Origin: Squalus acanthias
Lineage: Eukaryota
Reading direction: 5' to 3'
NCBI GenBank assembly: GCA_030390025.1
Contig: CM059432.1
Coordinates: 15,936,001 to 16,000,000, forward strand
DNA: 64,000 bases
Under the pieces are notes generated by a model. The model was not told the DNA's origin. It saw only the letters and a program-made list of their open reading frames with translations, and made no database searches. Below are positions 26,033-38,657 of this stretch, in pieces (position 1 is the first letter of the stretch; the number at the start of each line of letters is the position of its first letter). Made by a program: the position numbers and the translations under genes.

Positions 26033-27106
26033 AATCTGTTCCCTAATGAAACTATCAGTGCTACCTGAGTCAATTAAGGCATCTAAAGTATGTCCATTAA
26101 TTGATGCTTTTGTAGCTGCATGGAATAGGTTCTGAGGACAAGCAGCTGTAATTGGTGTCATTGCACAAAGAGTGGCTGAAACTCTAGGTGTGTTTCTTCG
26201 AGAGGAAACCCGAGGGGAAGCACGATAGATGTTAGCCGGAACATCTTGATAGGCCCTTACCGGGGCAGTTCGGTAGGACTTAGCTTGATAAGCCCTCGTA
26301 GAGGCTCTAGATAGGCAAACCTTTGCAAAATGACCCTTTTTGTTGCAATGACTACAAAACGCATTGCGAGCAGGGCAGAATTTCCGAGGGTGAAACTCAT
26401 CACCACAAAAGAAGCATTTCTTAGATTGCCAAGAGGCTGCCACAGTGGGGTCATCATCCTCTTCATCAGTGAAGTCATCAGATTGATCGTCAGGGATAAA
26501 GACCTCCCTAATAGAGTTCACCTGTGGCCTCTTAAATTGCCTGACTGTAGTTAAGGCAGTAGACCGAGGTCTGGGCACTGTATAAAGGTCCGCATTTCTT
26601 TTTGCCAGATCTAGAGAGCAAGCCATGTCATAAGCTCTCTGAAGCTCAAGTGTCTTACTTTCCAGTAGACGCTGGCGTATAAATGGGGAGGCAAGCCCGC
26701 AGATGAAAGCATCACGGATCATTTCTTCACGGTACAGCTCAGCTGAGGCCGCCTGAAAGTTACAGTCCATACTAAGTCTGCGAAGCTCTTGGAGGAATTT
26801 ATCAATGGATTCCTCCGGCCCTTGTTGGGCTGTAGCTAGTAGATGTCTGGCATAGACCTCATTCGGTGTCTTAGTATATAGTCTCTTAAGCGTCCGAATT
26901 GCCTCCTCGTAACTGTCCCATTCCTCCACATACTGAAATACATTCGGGGTGACACAGTTGATGAGTATCCGCAACTTTGAGTCATCATCAGCCTTGCAGT
27001 ATTCAAGAAAATTGTCAAACGTGCGATACCAGTGTTTCCACACCTTACCGGCTGCTGGGGTGTTTGGGTCCAAGTCAAGACGCGATGGTTTAAGGATGTT
27101 TTCCAT
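26033..27106 (-). CDS. Gypsy gag plus N-terminal part of aspartic protease (interrupted by CR1)
   Basis: MENILKPSRLDLDP...; tandem zinc knuckles CFFCGDEFHPRKFC-PA-RNAFCSHCNKKGHFAKVC; protease active site LIDSGS. Confidence 0.92.
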
Positions 27107-27172
27107 GATGGGTGATTCCCTGGATCCTTAGTTCCGAGTTCATCCAAAAAGTTTGAGTGCGAAGTTTTTCAA

Positions 27173-27183
27173 AGTTGATTAAA
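27173..27183 (-). other. Non-tRNA primer-binding site (putative self-priming)
   Basis: TTTAATCAACT on -, 1 nt from the 5' LTR, with no TGG. Perfectly complementary to AGTTGATTAAA inside the LTR (27228-27238). Confidence 0.7.
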
Positions 27184-27184
27184 T

Positions 27185-27378
27185 TGTCGTAAGAATGAGC
27201 CTTACGCGTGGTGAACTTAAAGTAAGCTTTAATCAACTAAAAAGGTGCTACATACAAAAGAGGTCTTACTCTATGCCTCTCCAGGATCCAACTGATCAGT
27301 CCAGTATTTATCCTGGACTAATCACAGGAAGTGATGCAATAAAGTTCGAGTCACAGGAAGCTGTATTGTGTTACCACA
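27185..27378 (-). repeat. 5' LTR of the Gypsy element (194 bp)
   Basis: On - it contains a GATAAATA TATA-like box, two CTTCCTGTGA repeats and ATTAAA; ends TGT...ACA. Confidence 0.97.
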
Positions 27379-27612
27379 GCTGGGGTACCTGGAGGGGGAG
27401 AGCCTTTTTTGGATAACCCGAAGTGTTGCACACTCTGGTGAGCATTCCATTGGTAACAGAGCGTTTGTGGGTTATTTAAAAGAGCACGTCAGCTAATCCG
27501 ATAGACATGACTACCACGGACACTGGTGCCTGGGAAACTAGTCATGCACACATGGTTGACTGCCCTAAAGGTAAACAAAGTGGTGCTAACTCCATACCTC
27601 CTGTGTACAAGA

Positions 27613-28272
27613 TATAAGAACATATGAAATAGGAGCAGGAGTCGGCCATTCGGCCCCTCAAGCCTGCTCCACCATTCAATAAGATCATGGCTGATCTTCT
27701 ACCTCATCTCCACTTTCCTGAACTATCCCCATATCCCTTGATTCCCTTAATATTCAAAAATCTATCGATCTCTGTCTTGAATATACTCAACGACTGAGCC
27801 TCCACAGCCCTTTGGGGTAGAGAATTCCAAAGATTCACCACCATCTGAGTGAAGAAATTTCTCCTCAGTCCTAAATGGCCGACCTCTTATTCTGAGACTG
27901 TGACCCCTGGTTCTAGACTCCCCATGATGCGGAGATGCCGGTGTTGGACTGGGGTGGACACAATTGAGGAAGGGGCGATCGATAGCTCCGAAAGCTTGTG
28001 ATTTCAAATAAAACTCTTTGGACTATAACCTGGTGTTGTGCGACCTCTCAATCTAGACTCCCCAGCCAGGGGAAACATCCTCCCTGCATCTACCCTGTCA
28101 CGCCCTGTAAGAATTTTGTATGTTTCAATGAGATCACCCCTCATTCTTCTAAACGCTAGAGAATATAGGTCTAGGCTACTCGAATCTGTCCTCATAGGAC
28201 AATCCCCCCATCCCAGGAACCAGTCTGGTGAACCTTCATTGCACTCCCTCTATGGCAAGTATATCCTTCCTT
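27613..28272 (-). mobile_element. CR1 3' fragment carrying a 127-bp Penelope-like insert
   Basis: The CR1 C-terminal coding sequence is interrupted at 27925-28051, flanked by a duplicated TCTAGACTCCCCA. Confidence 0.82.
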
Positions 28273-28889
28273 ATCCAACCCCTCACAGTCCTGTAACACT
28301 ATCCTATTTAATACTGGAGGAGTTTTGATATGTACTTGTTGATTAAACAAAAACTTTAGCACTCTTGCTATTGTGACATTTGACACTTGCTGTGGAATCA
28401 TAACTGGGACTACGACTCCAATGCCAGCCATCTATAGGCACTCATAACAGCAGTAATGAACTTTTGGTGGCCTGTACATAGTTGTAGCTGCAAGAGCTGA
28501 TAGAATATGTTGGAAATAAATGTTCTGACTTTTTGTTTTATTTTTAAATGGGATCATGTGCACAGCTAAATAGTTACATTAGTTCTCTTGAGATTTTTTT
28601 TTAAAAACTGCATATGCTGGACCTTTAGTAATAAAACAAAATACTGCAAATACACAGTAGGCCAGTCAGTATCTGAAGAGAGAAAAGATAGGTTCAAGTG
28701 TAGTCAGAAATAGCACTATGGGATTATAAATGAACTCCTTGATCGGACTGATGAGGGAGGGGGAGAAAAGAAGTTACTGGTAAAAGTCACATTAGATTGT
28801 TGAGTCCTATCATAGAAGGCTGCAAACAGGTTTTTAAAAAGTGGAAAGACGCGAAAATGAATGGATACAGTAGCCGAGAGGGAATGGAC

Positions 28890-29960
28890 TGGATGAGCAA
28901 CCCCTCTCCCCTGTCTCCACCCTCACCGCCAACAACAAGTGCGAGGAGCACATGGACTTCTTTGTCTCTAAGATTGAGACCATCCGATCAGCTGCCTCTG
29001 TCACTTCCCCGAGCCCACCCGGCCAAACATCCCCCCCTGCCCTTGCCCTGAACTCGCATCTTTCTCCAGTTTCTCTCGGTTCTCCCCTCATGACCTCTCC
29101 GCGCTCATCTTGTCCATGAGACCCACCTCCTGCTCCCTCGACCCTTTTCCCACTAAACTGCTGACCACCCAACTTCCTTTTCTGGTTCCCATATTAGCTG
29201 ACATTGTTAACGGTTCTCTCTCCTCAGGTACTGTCCCCCTCTCAGTCAAATCTGCCGTCATCACCCCTCTCCTCAAAAAAACAACCCTTGATCCCTCCGT
29301 CCTTGCAAACTACCGCCCCATATCCAACCTCCCTTTCCTCTTCAAAGTCCTTGAACGTGTTGTCGCTTCTCAAATTCGTGCCCAACTTTCCCGGAATTCC
29401 ATGTTTCAATCCCTCCAATCAGGTTTCCGCCCTTGCCACAGTAGCGAAACGGCTCTCATCAAAGTCACAAATGACATTCTTTGTGACTGTGACAAAGGTA
29501 AACTATTCCTCCTCGTCCTTCTTGACTTGTCTGCAGCCTTTGACACGGTTGACCATCCATCCTTCTCCAACGCTTCTCCACCATTGTCCAGCTGGGTGGG
29601 ACTGCACTCGCCTGGTTCCATTCTTACCTATCTAATCGTAGCCAGAGAATCACCTGCAACGATTTCTCTTCCCGCTCCCGCACCGTAACCTCTGGTGTCC
29701 CGCAAGGATCTATCCTTGGCCCCTTCCTATTGCTCATCTACATGTTGCCCCACGGCGACATCATCTGAAAGCACAGCGTCAGTTTCCACATGTACACTGA
29801 CGACACCCAGCTCTACCTCACTACCTCTTCTCTCGACCCCTCCACGGTCTCTAGATTGTCAGACTGCTTGTCCAACATCCAGTTCTGGATGAGCAGGAAT
29901 TTTCTCCAATTAAATATTGCGAAGACCGAAGCCATTGTTTTCGGTCCCCACCACAAACTT
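28890..29960 (+). mobile_element. L2-clade LINE RT fragment (frameshifted)
   Basis: TSCSLDPFPT, NYRPISNLPFL, QSGFRPCHSSETAL, LLDLSAAFDTVDH, YTDDTQLY. Confidence 0.9.
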
Positions 29961-30052
29961 TGTTTGTCTGTTTAATTCTTTCATGAACTGATTCAAAGCT
30001 GCTAAGTTGTTTGAACTGACTTTGACAACACACTATTACTGCTTGTTGAAAA

Positions 30053-30512
30053 GAAAGACAGACTTGTATTTATATAGCACCTTTCATGACCACCGGACGT
30101 CCCAAAGCGCTTTAGAGCCAATGAAGTACTTTTGAAGCATAGTCACTGTTGTAATGTAGGAAACGCAGCAACCAATTTGCGCACAGCAAGATTCCACAAA
30201 CAGTAATGTGATAATGACCAGATAATCTGTTTTAGTGATGTTGATTGAGGGATAAATATTGGCCAGGACACCGGGGATAACTCCTCTGCTCTTCTTCAAA
30301 ATAGTGCCATGGGATCTTTTACGTCCACCTGAGAGAGCAGACGGGGCCTCGGTTTCACGTCTCATCCGAACGACAGCACCTCTGACAGTGCAGCACTCCC
30401 TCAGCACTGCACTGGAGCCTCAGCCTAGATTTTTGTGCTCAAGTCTCTGGAGTGGGACTTGAACCCATGACCTGACGCAGAGGTGAGAGTGCTACGCACT
30501 GAGCCACAGCTA
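30053..30512 (-). mobile_element. Full-length Deu-domain SINE
   Basis: A box TGTGGCTCAGT, degenerate-flank B box GGTTCAAGTCCC, Deu-like core (aaagatcccatggcact...ccccggtgtcctggccaa), L2 tail. Partial copies at 31044-31313, 32042-32330 and 47872-48190(+). Confidence 0.8.
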
Positions 30513-33175
30513 ACATCAAATGTTGCTGTAAATGACGGGTAATTTAAAGATTTATTACCGGGTGAATTGGCTGCTTGTTCTACCACCCTGCCTGATTTTA
30601 TTTTCCTTTGAATTCAATGGATAAGAACATCAGGCGAGCTGTAAAACAGGTGGTCAATTCGCTATCGCTCATTTTTTGCCTGCCGATAAAAGGTAAAATT
30701 ACCCCATTGTAACTAAACCTAGTTTGTTAGTCTAGTTTACCCCAAAAGTGTTTGGTTTAACTGATATAGATCAATCATCTGAAGGGACATGGGCATGTAG
30801 TAAATCCAGAGAGAATAAACAAGTCTATTGGTTACCCTGGTCACAATATCTCAGATTAGCATGTGCACAAGATCTCCCTTCAGATCATAGGAGGCACACG
30901 GTTACTTTGGGAGATGACTTTTGTGTTGTACACAAGCAAAAGTAGATGGAGAAGCCCAAATTGCAGCACGCATTCAAACAGCAACTTATCTTAAGTATCT
31001 GCAAAGGGCAGGAGGGAGAAAAGGGCAAATTAAAAAAAAGAAAATGAAGTACTTTTGAAGTGTAGTCACTGTTGCAATGTGGGAACGCAGCAGCCAATTT
31101 GCGCACAGCAAGCTCCCACAAACAACAATGTGATAATGACCAGATAATCTGTTTTTGTTATGTTGATTGAGGGATAAATATTGGCCAGGACACCGGGGAG
31201 AACTCCCCTACTCTTCGAAATAGTGCCATGGGATCTTTTACGTCCACCTGAGAGAGCAGACGGGGCCTCGCTTTAATGTCTCATCCAAAAGATGGCACCT
31301 CCGACAATGCAGTAAAGGTTAAGGATACCAAAGCATAGTTGAAGGGAAGGATCTTAAGGAGGCTTTTGAAGGCAGGGAGGGTGGTTACAAGGTGGAGGGA
31401 CTGGAAGAAGGAATTCCAGAGGGTGGGAGTTAGTGGCTGAAGGAGCGGCTGGCAATGGTAAAGCAGGGGACTGCGATACAAGTAGTCTTGTGTCAGAGAA
31501 AGCTAGGCTGCCTACAGGGATATACAACTGCAAGACTTCACTGAGATGCTGGGTCAAAGCTATGGAGTGATGTAAAGCTGATGCAAGGTTCTAAAGGTGC
31601 TTTGTTGTTCGGTACTGGGGTTATGGTCCATAGAGAAAGGCAAGTCAGATAATTGCCATTCAGCTTCAGCCAGGTAGGGGTCCTTATACTGCATACCACC
31701 ACCGCCACCCTTGTTAATGGGTTTTATGACAACGTCAAGGTTGGAACTATGAGAATGGAAAGCTACAAGTTCAAAGAGAGATTTGGTATGGGGAGTAGAG
31801 AAATTCAGACAACCAATATCACACCTGAAGTTCTCAATGTATTACACAGCACAGACAGGCCATTCAGCCCAACTGGTCCATGGTTTATGCTCCACAACAG
31901 CCTCCTCCCACTCCTTCATCTCACCCCATCAGCATATACATCTATTCCTTTCTCCCTCATTTACTTATCTAACGTTCCCTTAAATCTATTCGCTTCAACT
32001 ACTCCATGTGCTAGCAAGTTCCACATTCTAACAACTTTTAAAGAAAATTTATATGCATTTCTATAGCGCCTTTCACAACCAGCGGTCATCCCAAAGCGCT
32101 TTAGAGCCAATGAAGTACTTTTTCCAAGTGTAGTCACTGTTGTAATGTATGAAATGCGCACAGCAAGCTCCCACAATGACCAGATAATCTGTTTTAGTGA
32201 TGTTGATTGAGGGATAAATATTGGCCAGGACACCGGGGATAACTCCCCTGCTCTTCTTCGAAATAGTGCCATGGGATCTTTTACGTCCACCTGAGAGGGC
32301 CTTGGTTCAATCTCTCATCTGAAATATGGACAGTCTTGTTGGTTATTAAAATGTAAAATTATGATTTCAAGATAATTATATGCAGGCTTTATAGTTTCAA
32401 AATGTTTTCATACTAAAACTGAATTAGTATATAACTGGAATGTAGAAATAAGTTAAAATGTAAAAAGCAACTTTTTTTTATTATTTTTATTGGTATATGG
32501 TATGAACTTGGTAAATTACAATATACATTTGTACACATTTTTAATGCGTTTGTGCATAGTCAGTAGTATTGGAGTATTCTTAGGAAGTTTGTCATTGCTT
32601 CCATTGAACTATTTGATATACTATGCACGTGGGTTGAGAACACAACTGAACATTTTGGCCGTTCTATCTCTGTACACATACTGAACATAAACACACCCAT
32701 GGGATGTTCTGTTCAGCTCGTCACCATTGGGAACATGGACTAAATGAAGGCTGCTCTAAGAGTAGCAAGTGGTTCTACAGCAGGAGTCCGGCAACGATAT
32801 AGAAGACCACTCCTACCAATTTTCTGTCATTACCCACTGTGTACCACTGATGCGCTGGAAGTGAAAGGCAAGTCGGAATCACCCATTGCATGGAGTCATA
32901 TCACGTAGCATGAAAGGTAGGTACGTACATAAATAACAGGAATAAAAAAAACAAAAAGGAGCCAAACAGAAGTAATTTGTCATGTTTTAAAGTAATGGTT
33001 GTATGTATAATTGTCCTATCCTATTAAAGGGGTAGTGTCAGTAAGAATATTTGGCTTGTAAGCCAGGATTTTCTGTCTAGAAATCTTGATTGGACTTTCA
33101 AAGATGACAGCTTCTCTTTAAATCAGATGTTTTTTGGATGATCTACAAAAGTAGGAGCTTCATTGAACAGTGTTT

Positions 33176-33340
33176 CTGTGTGACGCAGTGGGTTAAACAC
33201 TGGCCTTTCACCTCTGGGACTCTGGGTTCAAAGCCGGCTGAGGTTGATGGTATAAAAGTCTCCTCCTTCTGCTGGCTGTAAGGATCCTATGTGAAATGAG
33301 TTTGAATGGGCATGGGCCGACAGCACAAAACCGTCCCAAA
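33176..33340 (+). mobile_element. Old tRNA-derived SINE, LF-SINE-like
   Basis: tRNA-like head (gcagtgggttaaacactggcctttcacctctgggactctgggttcaaa) followed by ggctgtaagg..cctatgtgaaatgagtt, which resembles the recalled LF-SINE body. Confidence 0.5.
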
Positions 33341-36300
33341 ATGGGTATTAATTGGCAATGTCAGAGAAGATGCTCATGTGGGCATATGTTGTTGGGACTG
33401 ATTTACTGTGTATCTGGCTGTGCTATACCTGACCTGTGCTGAAACTGGGGGGGGAGGGGAGGAATTTCCATGGTGGGGGGGGGGGGGTCTCCTGATCTCT
33501 GAAGTTATGGTGGGAGACCGCGACAACCCCCCGTGGAAATTTCAGGTATGGATGTCTGAAATGGGAAGTGTTCCAGTTGACTGCACTAACACCCTGAAGA
33601 GCACACAAAACTTTTCTTTGTTCTCCCATCGGTTAGCGGTACACGTGTGAGCAGTTTTCAGCTCTGAGTCGAGACCAGGGGCCTAATTGTTAGCCTTCAC
33701 CGCCTGAGCATTAAGCAGGTGGAGCAGATCACCAGCCTGGGTAGAACCAGCTCCATTTAATAGGACGAAAGTCGGGCAGGTGGCCCGCTCCACCAAATTA
33801 CCGCCAGGCGGTGAAGGTGAAAGTTACTTTCAAGATGTTGGATAAAATTAGCTTCTTCCAGTTGAATTACAAATTGCATTTACAGCACTAGGCGGAGAGA
33901 AACCTGACCGTCAAACACTACGAGTAAATTAGGGTTAGTCGAGTGCGGAAGGCATGGATTAAACTCCAGTTTTTAATCACCAGTCTGTCTGAGATTGCCA
34001 ATTAGTGTTAAGTTACAGGCCGTCTAAGCTAATTTGAGATTTGAGATCCTTATAGATAGCGGAAGAGACTCTCATCCTATCAGACTGCTGAAAGGCCCGT
34101 CTTATATCTCATTAGGTAATCCAGTTGTCCATTTGAAACATTTCTTAAGAGCATGCCTTTTGGATCTGTCCAAAATCCGACTGTTGCTGCCAACTTTGCT
34201 GATGCACACTGAATGCTGCATGTATGGTGGGACTTCATAGCTCCGTACTGCACGAGCTCCACATTTGCTGATGGTTTACAGGTCATGATGGGGCAATCGG
34301 GAGTGAACGGGAGGACCCTTTTCCTCTCGGAGCCCTCTCAATTAATCCCCACTGCAGTTGTCAGGAATCAGTAAATTTGTGAATAAACAGAGGTAGCTTT
34401 GCAGAGACGTGTCAGAAAACACATTGTAAAAAATGCTTCAACAATAAACATATACAAGAGTGGCTAATGCTCCTAAACACACAAAAACACACTGTTTTAT
34501 GTACATTACAGTTTCCACTGCACTCTTGGCAGTAGAGTTAGTTATTGTTACAAACAAGGGTTTTCTAAACTCTTATTTTAGTGTTAAAAGTTAAAGCTAT
34601 ATTTATACTTTCCAATGGCAGTTCAATTGGAGTGTTATTAAAAATGTTATCTCGACTAATTTATCCAGGTCTTGTCAGAAGGTTTTTTTTCCCCCTTTCA
34701 GGCGACCCTTCCTCCACATCAGTTTTTTTTTGGTGCATTTCTGTCCTCTTCAAGGCAAGAGGTGCTGGTGATAGAAATGGGATACCAAGTGTCCTCATCC
34801 GATGTGAGGTATGGCACAGTCATCTTCTGAATACTACACTGCCCCACCAACGTGCCTTAGCCCAAACCTCCATTGAGCACTCTTTGCTGTACTTACTACC
34901 TTGGCATTTTACACATCCTTGTGGCCTGTCTGAGTGACATTGACAATTACTGCTAAATTAGGTGCAGTTTTGCGCTGTACACCCATGCCTACTAGTCACA
35001 GGGTTGAGAATACCCAAACACATTTCAACCAGAGCTCTGGTGTGGGTCCAAAGGCGAAACAATAGCGTGCTAATTCACTGCCATTCTTTGATCAGCCAGT
35101 GGAATGCCCGCCTACTATAGTGCGAGACATTCCTGGGATGTGGGGGTCACTGGCAAGGCCAGCATTTAGGGTGGTGGTGAGCCTTGCAGTGGTGAAGGTC
35201 GTAGCAGTTGTGTACAACTGAGTGGCCATTTCGGAGGGCGGTTAAGAGTCAACCACAGTGCGGTGGGTCTGGAGTCACATATAGGCCAGACCAGGTAAGG
35301 GCAGCAGATTTCCTTCCCTAAAGAACATTAGTGAACCAGATGGATTTTTATGACAATCACCATAACTGATTTTAGCTTTTTGTTGCAGATTTATTTATTA
35401 TTCATTTAAATTCCCCAGCTGCCGTGGTGGGATTTGAACTCACGTCATTAGTCCAGGCCTCTGGCTTACTAGTAATCTAACCACTATGCTACTGTTCCCG
35501 TAACACAGTTCACTACCTCACATAACAGACTGGATAGAGAATTGAAGACAGTTATTGCTGATTAAGCTCTGGGACTCAATTCCAAAGATTGTGAAACAAG
35601 TTTCTTAACCGCTGTTTTGTGATTCCTGTCATTTGTTTCCAAAACCACCAATGATATCATTCTCTATAACATCCTTGGTGGAAAACCAATCATTTTCTAG
35701 CCCTATCCAAGCCTCGCTTACCGATGCCAATTTTGCATTGCTGGTGAGCCCACAACTTTCAGAGGTCTAATAATAACTCTATAAAATATATATGCCAATG
35801 GATAAGAAGCACTTATCTAAGCGAGTGATCAGACAGTGTCTGCTGATAGTGGGGCCAAGCGCTGAGGCACACATGGGATGCTTGAGAGTGGTAATGTCTG
35901 GGGCCCATTTTCATCTCATTACCACCCCGTTGGGAAGAAGACGGTAAAAAAAAGCGCAAAAAGAAATTACCACCCATCTTTGCGCCTGATGCAATTTTGC
36001 CTTGAAATAGGCAGCCAGCGCTCCCACCTAAAACAGGCGGGGGCCACATGAATATATTTAAATTGGGGTTCTGAGAGACAATTAGGGCATCAATGCAATT
36101 CTGGTCTTTCACCGGGTGGCAGAGCACGATAGAACAGGCTATGCCGAGTGAAAATGAAGGTAGAAAAGGCCTAACGAGAGGCCCTTAAAGGAAGCCACTC
36201 TGAAAAAGGAAATGGTAATTTTTGGGAATGATTTCATCAGCCCTCCCGCTGCCGGTACCGCTACACCACCCCCATCCACCACTATTATCTGTCCCCTCCG

Positions 36301-38636
36301 AGGTGTCCCTTCCGACTCTGGGGAGGAGTCACCGAGTTTCCCCTGACCTCCTCCAGGAGGAGGCCAAGCTGCCTGGCAGTGCTTATTCAGCATTGGTAGC
36401 TTGCCAATTTTTGTTATATGAATGGTCCGGAGTGCACCTTCAAGTTGATGCTGGGTTGGTAGCCACACAAGTGGCACGGCCACCAATAGAACATCAGCCC
36501 AAACACAAACTGTGTAAATGTAACTCGGGTATGAACACACCCAAATCGAATTTAGACAAGTGTTGTCAGACCACCTCCACAATATAGTCTCGTACCATGT
36601 GGTCTTCTTAATAGACCATTCAGTCAGAGCCTTTCTAAAATCAGCAGGGAACTGAATGTCCCATCAAGTCTTTGCTAACAGTTAAATTTAACCAGCATAT
36701 AGAATTCTGATTTCCCTAGCCTGATAGCAACATGGAGACATCAGGATAATTTGGGTCTGCAGTCCCATATCACTCAACAGGTTATCAGTCTGAAACTGAT
36801 AGTTGTAGTATAATAATACCCTTAAAAATTCAACCAGCTCTGCTCTTTTATATTACATAGGGGCACTGTTAGGAAAGTGTGCTCCCATGAGAAGGGATGG
36901 AACATCGGGGGGGGGGGGGGGGGGGGGGGGGGGGGAGTGTGCACCCAAATTTCTCGGTGAACAAGGTTCCAGGTGCAATTTCAGAAAATTGCCTCTAGTG
37001 TATGTGTAGCTCAGTGCCCCTGTTAATGTGATTACTCAACGCGTACTGCCTGAAGGAACAAGCTAATACGGACTGCATAGATCAAACAGAAGGATACGCG
37101 GAGAGGGCGAGAGGAAGTAGGGGTGGGAGGAGGGTCGTGTGGAGCAGAAACCCCGGCCTGGGCCAGCTGGGCCGAATGGCCTCTTTCTCTGCTGTAAGTG
37201 CTACGTAAGCAGGAAGTGATGTCAGAGGTATCATCTAATTCACTTTCTGATATTGGAGCATGCAAAATACAGGACTTTTTTTTTAAAACTTTCCTCTGAA
37301 AAGTGCAGGGTTCTTTACTGCAAATGTTCTTATCTAATTGATATGCGCTGACCAACATAACAATGAAGGCTGGGCTGCCAAACGTTTACTGCTGCCTCAA
37401 TGTGCAGCCTCGAACATTGAAGTAGTAGCAAACAACCCCACATTTTCCCTGGGGGGTGGGGATGGGGGAAAAAGAGAAACAATTAAAATCATTCTAGCTC
37501 CCTCTCCCTGCAAACCTCCCCCCCCCCCCCCACCCCCCAAAAAAAGGTCAACTTTCATAAGACAGGGCAAGATTCCAAATTCTTCCCCACCTCCTTTCTT
37601 GTTAAACGATCAGCATTTTAAACAGCTTTGCAGTGTTGGCTAACTCCCGAGCAAATATACTAAAGCACCTACTGAGATATCCAGAACAATCGATCGTGCT
37701 CACATGTAGACTAATTATAGGAACAGGAGTAGGCCATTTAGCCCCTCGAGCCATTCAATGAGATCATGGCTGATCTGTGACCTAACTCCATATACAATAT
37801 TATCGGCCATACAAGGACGATCAGTGGGTTTTATCATCACAGAGAATAGGGCAATACTCTATCTCCACATGTTGACTCGCTTTCTGCTAATAGGACGCAA
37901 CACAACAAGAGAATGTTTCCTCTATGCACGGGAGATACTGAATTGCAATAAAAAGATTAATTGTTCGCATTCGACATGCGCTGTCCCATAGAGATTAAGT
38001 CCCCCCCCCCCCACCAAAAATGGCTCACTCCTTCCTCCAGCCTGTCGATCGGTTTCCTGTGTATTTTTTTTTAAAGCATAACAGAGTTTTGTTTTCAGTG
38101 GATCCGAGACCTTGTTTGGATGCAGTGGCCGCAGTACATCATTCTGTATGTACACAGACTCCGTGAGAACGCAAGTCTGGCCTTCAGTTAGCTGCAAAAC
38201 AAAATTCCAGGCAGATGTGTAACTGAGCCCGGGATCACGTTCCAACAGGAATTCCGAGCTGGTGCAGGTGCAGCTATCATCCTCTCTTTATGTAACAACT
38301 TCCCGTCTGATCGGATACACGGAATTTGGCACCGATTCCATTCGCACTAGAATGGCTATTTTTTATTTTTTTTAAAACGTCCTCCTTGTTTATTCTTTGG
38401 CTGCCCTCCATTCTGTGTTCATAACCTCAGCAAACACAATCCTCCCCACAACCACCCGCCCCCCCCCCACCCCAAAAAAATAACCAAAAATTAAAACGTA
38501 GTTGGTGTGTCGGTTGTTTCTCCAACTGTGTGGTCTACTGAAGACATAATTGTTTAAAATGCACATTCCTTCAAGATTGTGTCCTTAATGTTTCTGGCTG
38601 GCGGATTGACTTATTTCTTAAACACCACCAGATGAG

Positions 38637-38657
38637 TTTATTGCGAGTCTGTTTATT
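38637..38657 (-). terminator. Candidate ARHGAP28 poly(A) signals (two AATAAA on -)
   Basis: tttatt at 38637-38642 and 38652-38657, about 340 nt past the stop. A GU-rich tract (tggtggtgttt) follows on -. Confidence 0.45.

Larger units (their letters stand above)
20551..27378 (-). mobile_element. Complete Ty3/Gypsy (Mag-like) LTR retrotransposon with nested CR1
   Basis: TG..CA LTRs at 20551-20744 and 27185-27378; TSD GCTGG (20546-20550 / 27379-27383); PPT; domain order gag-PR-RT-RH-IN. Confidence 0.97.

Noticed and set aside
30420..30512. tRNA gene
   Set aside because: The A/B boxes belong to a SINE head with no full cloverleaf; the same applies at about 4010-4085, 33180-33240 and 49700-49770.
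36907..36935. 29-nt poly-G run as a functional G-quadruplex
   Set aside because: A simple homopolymer of a kind frequent in this window; its length is unreliable in assemblies.
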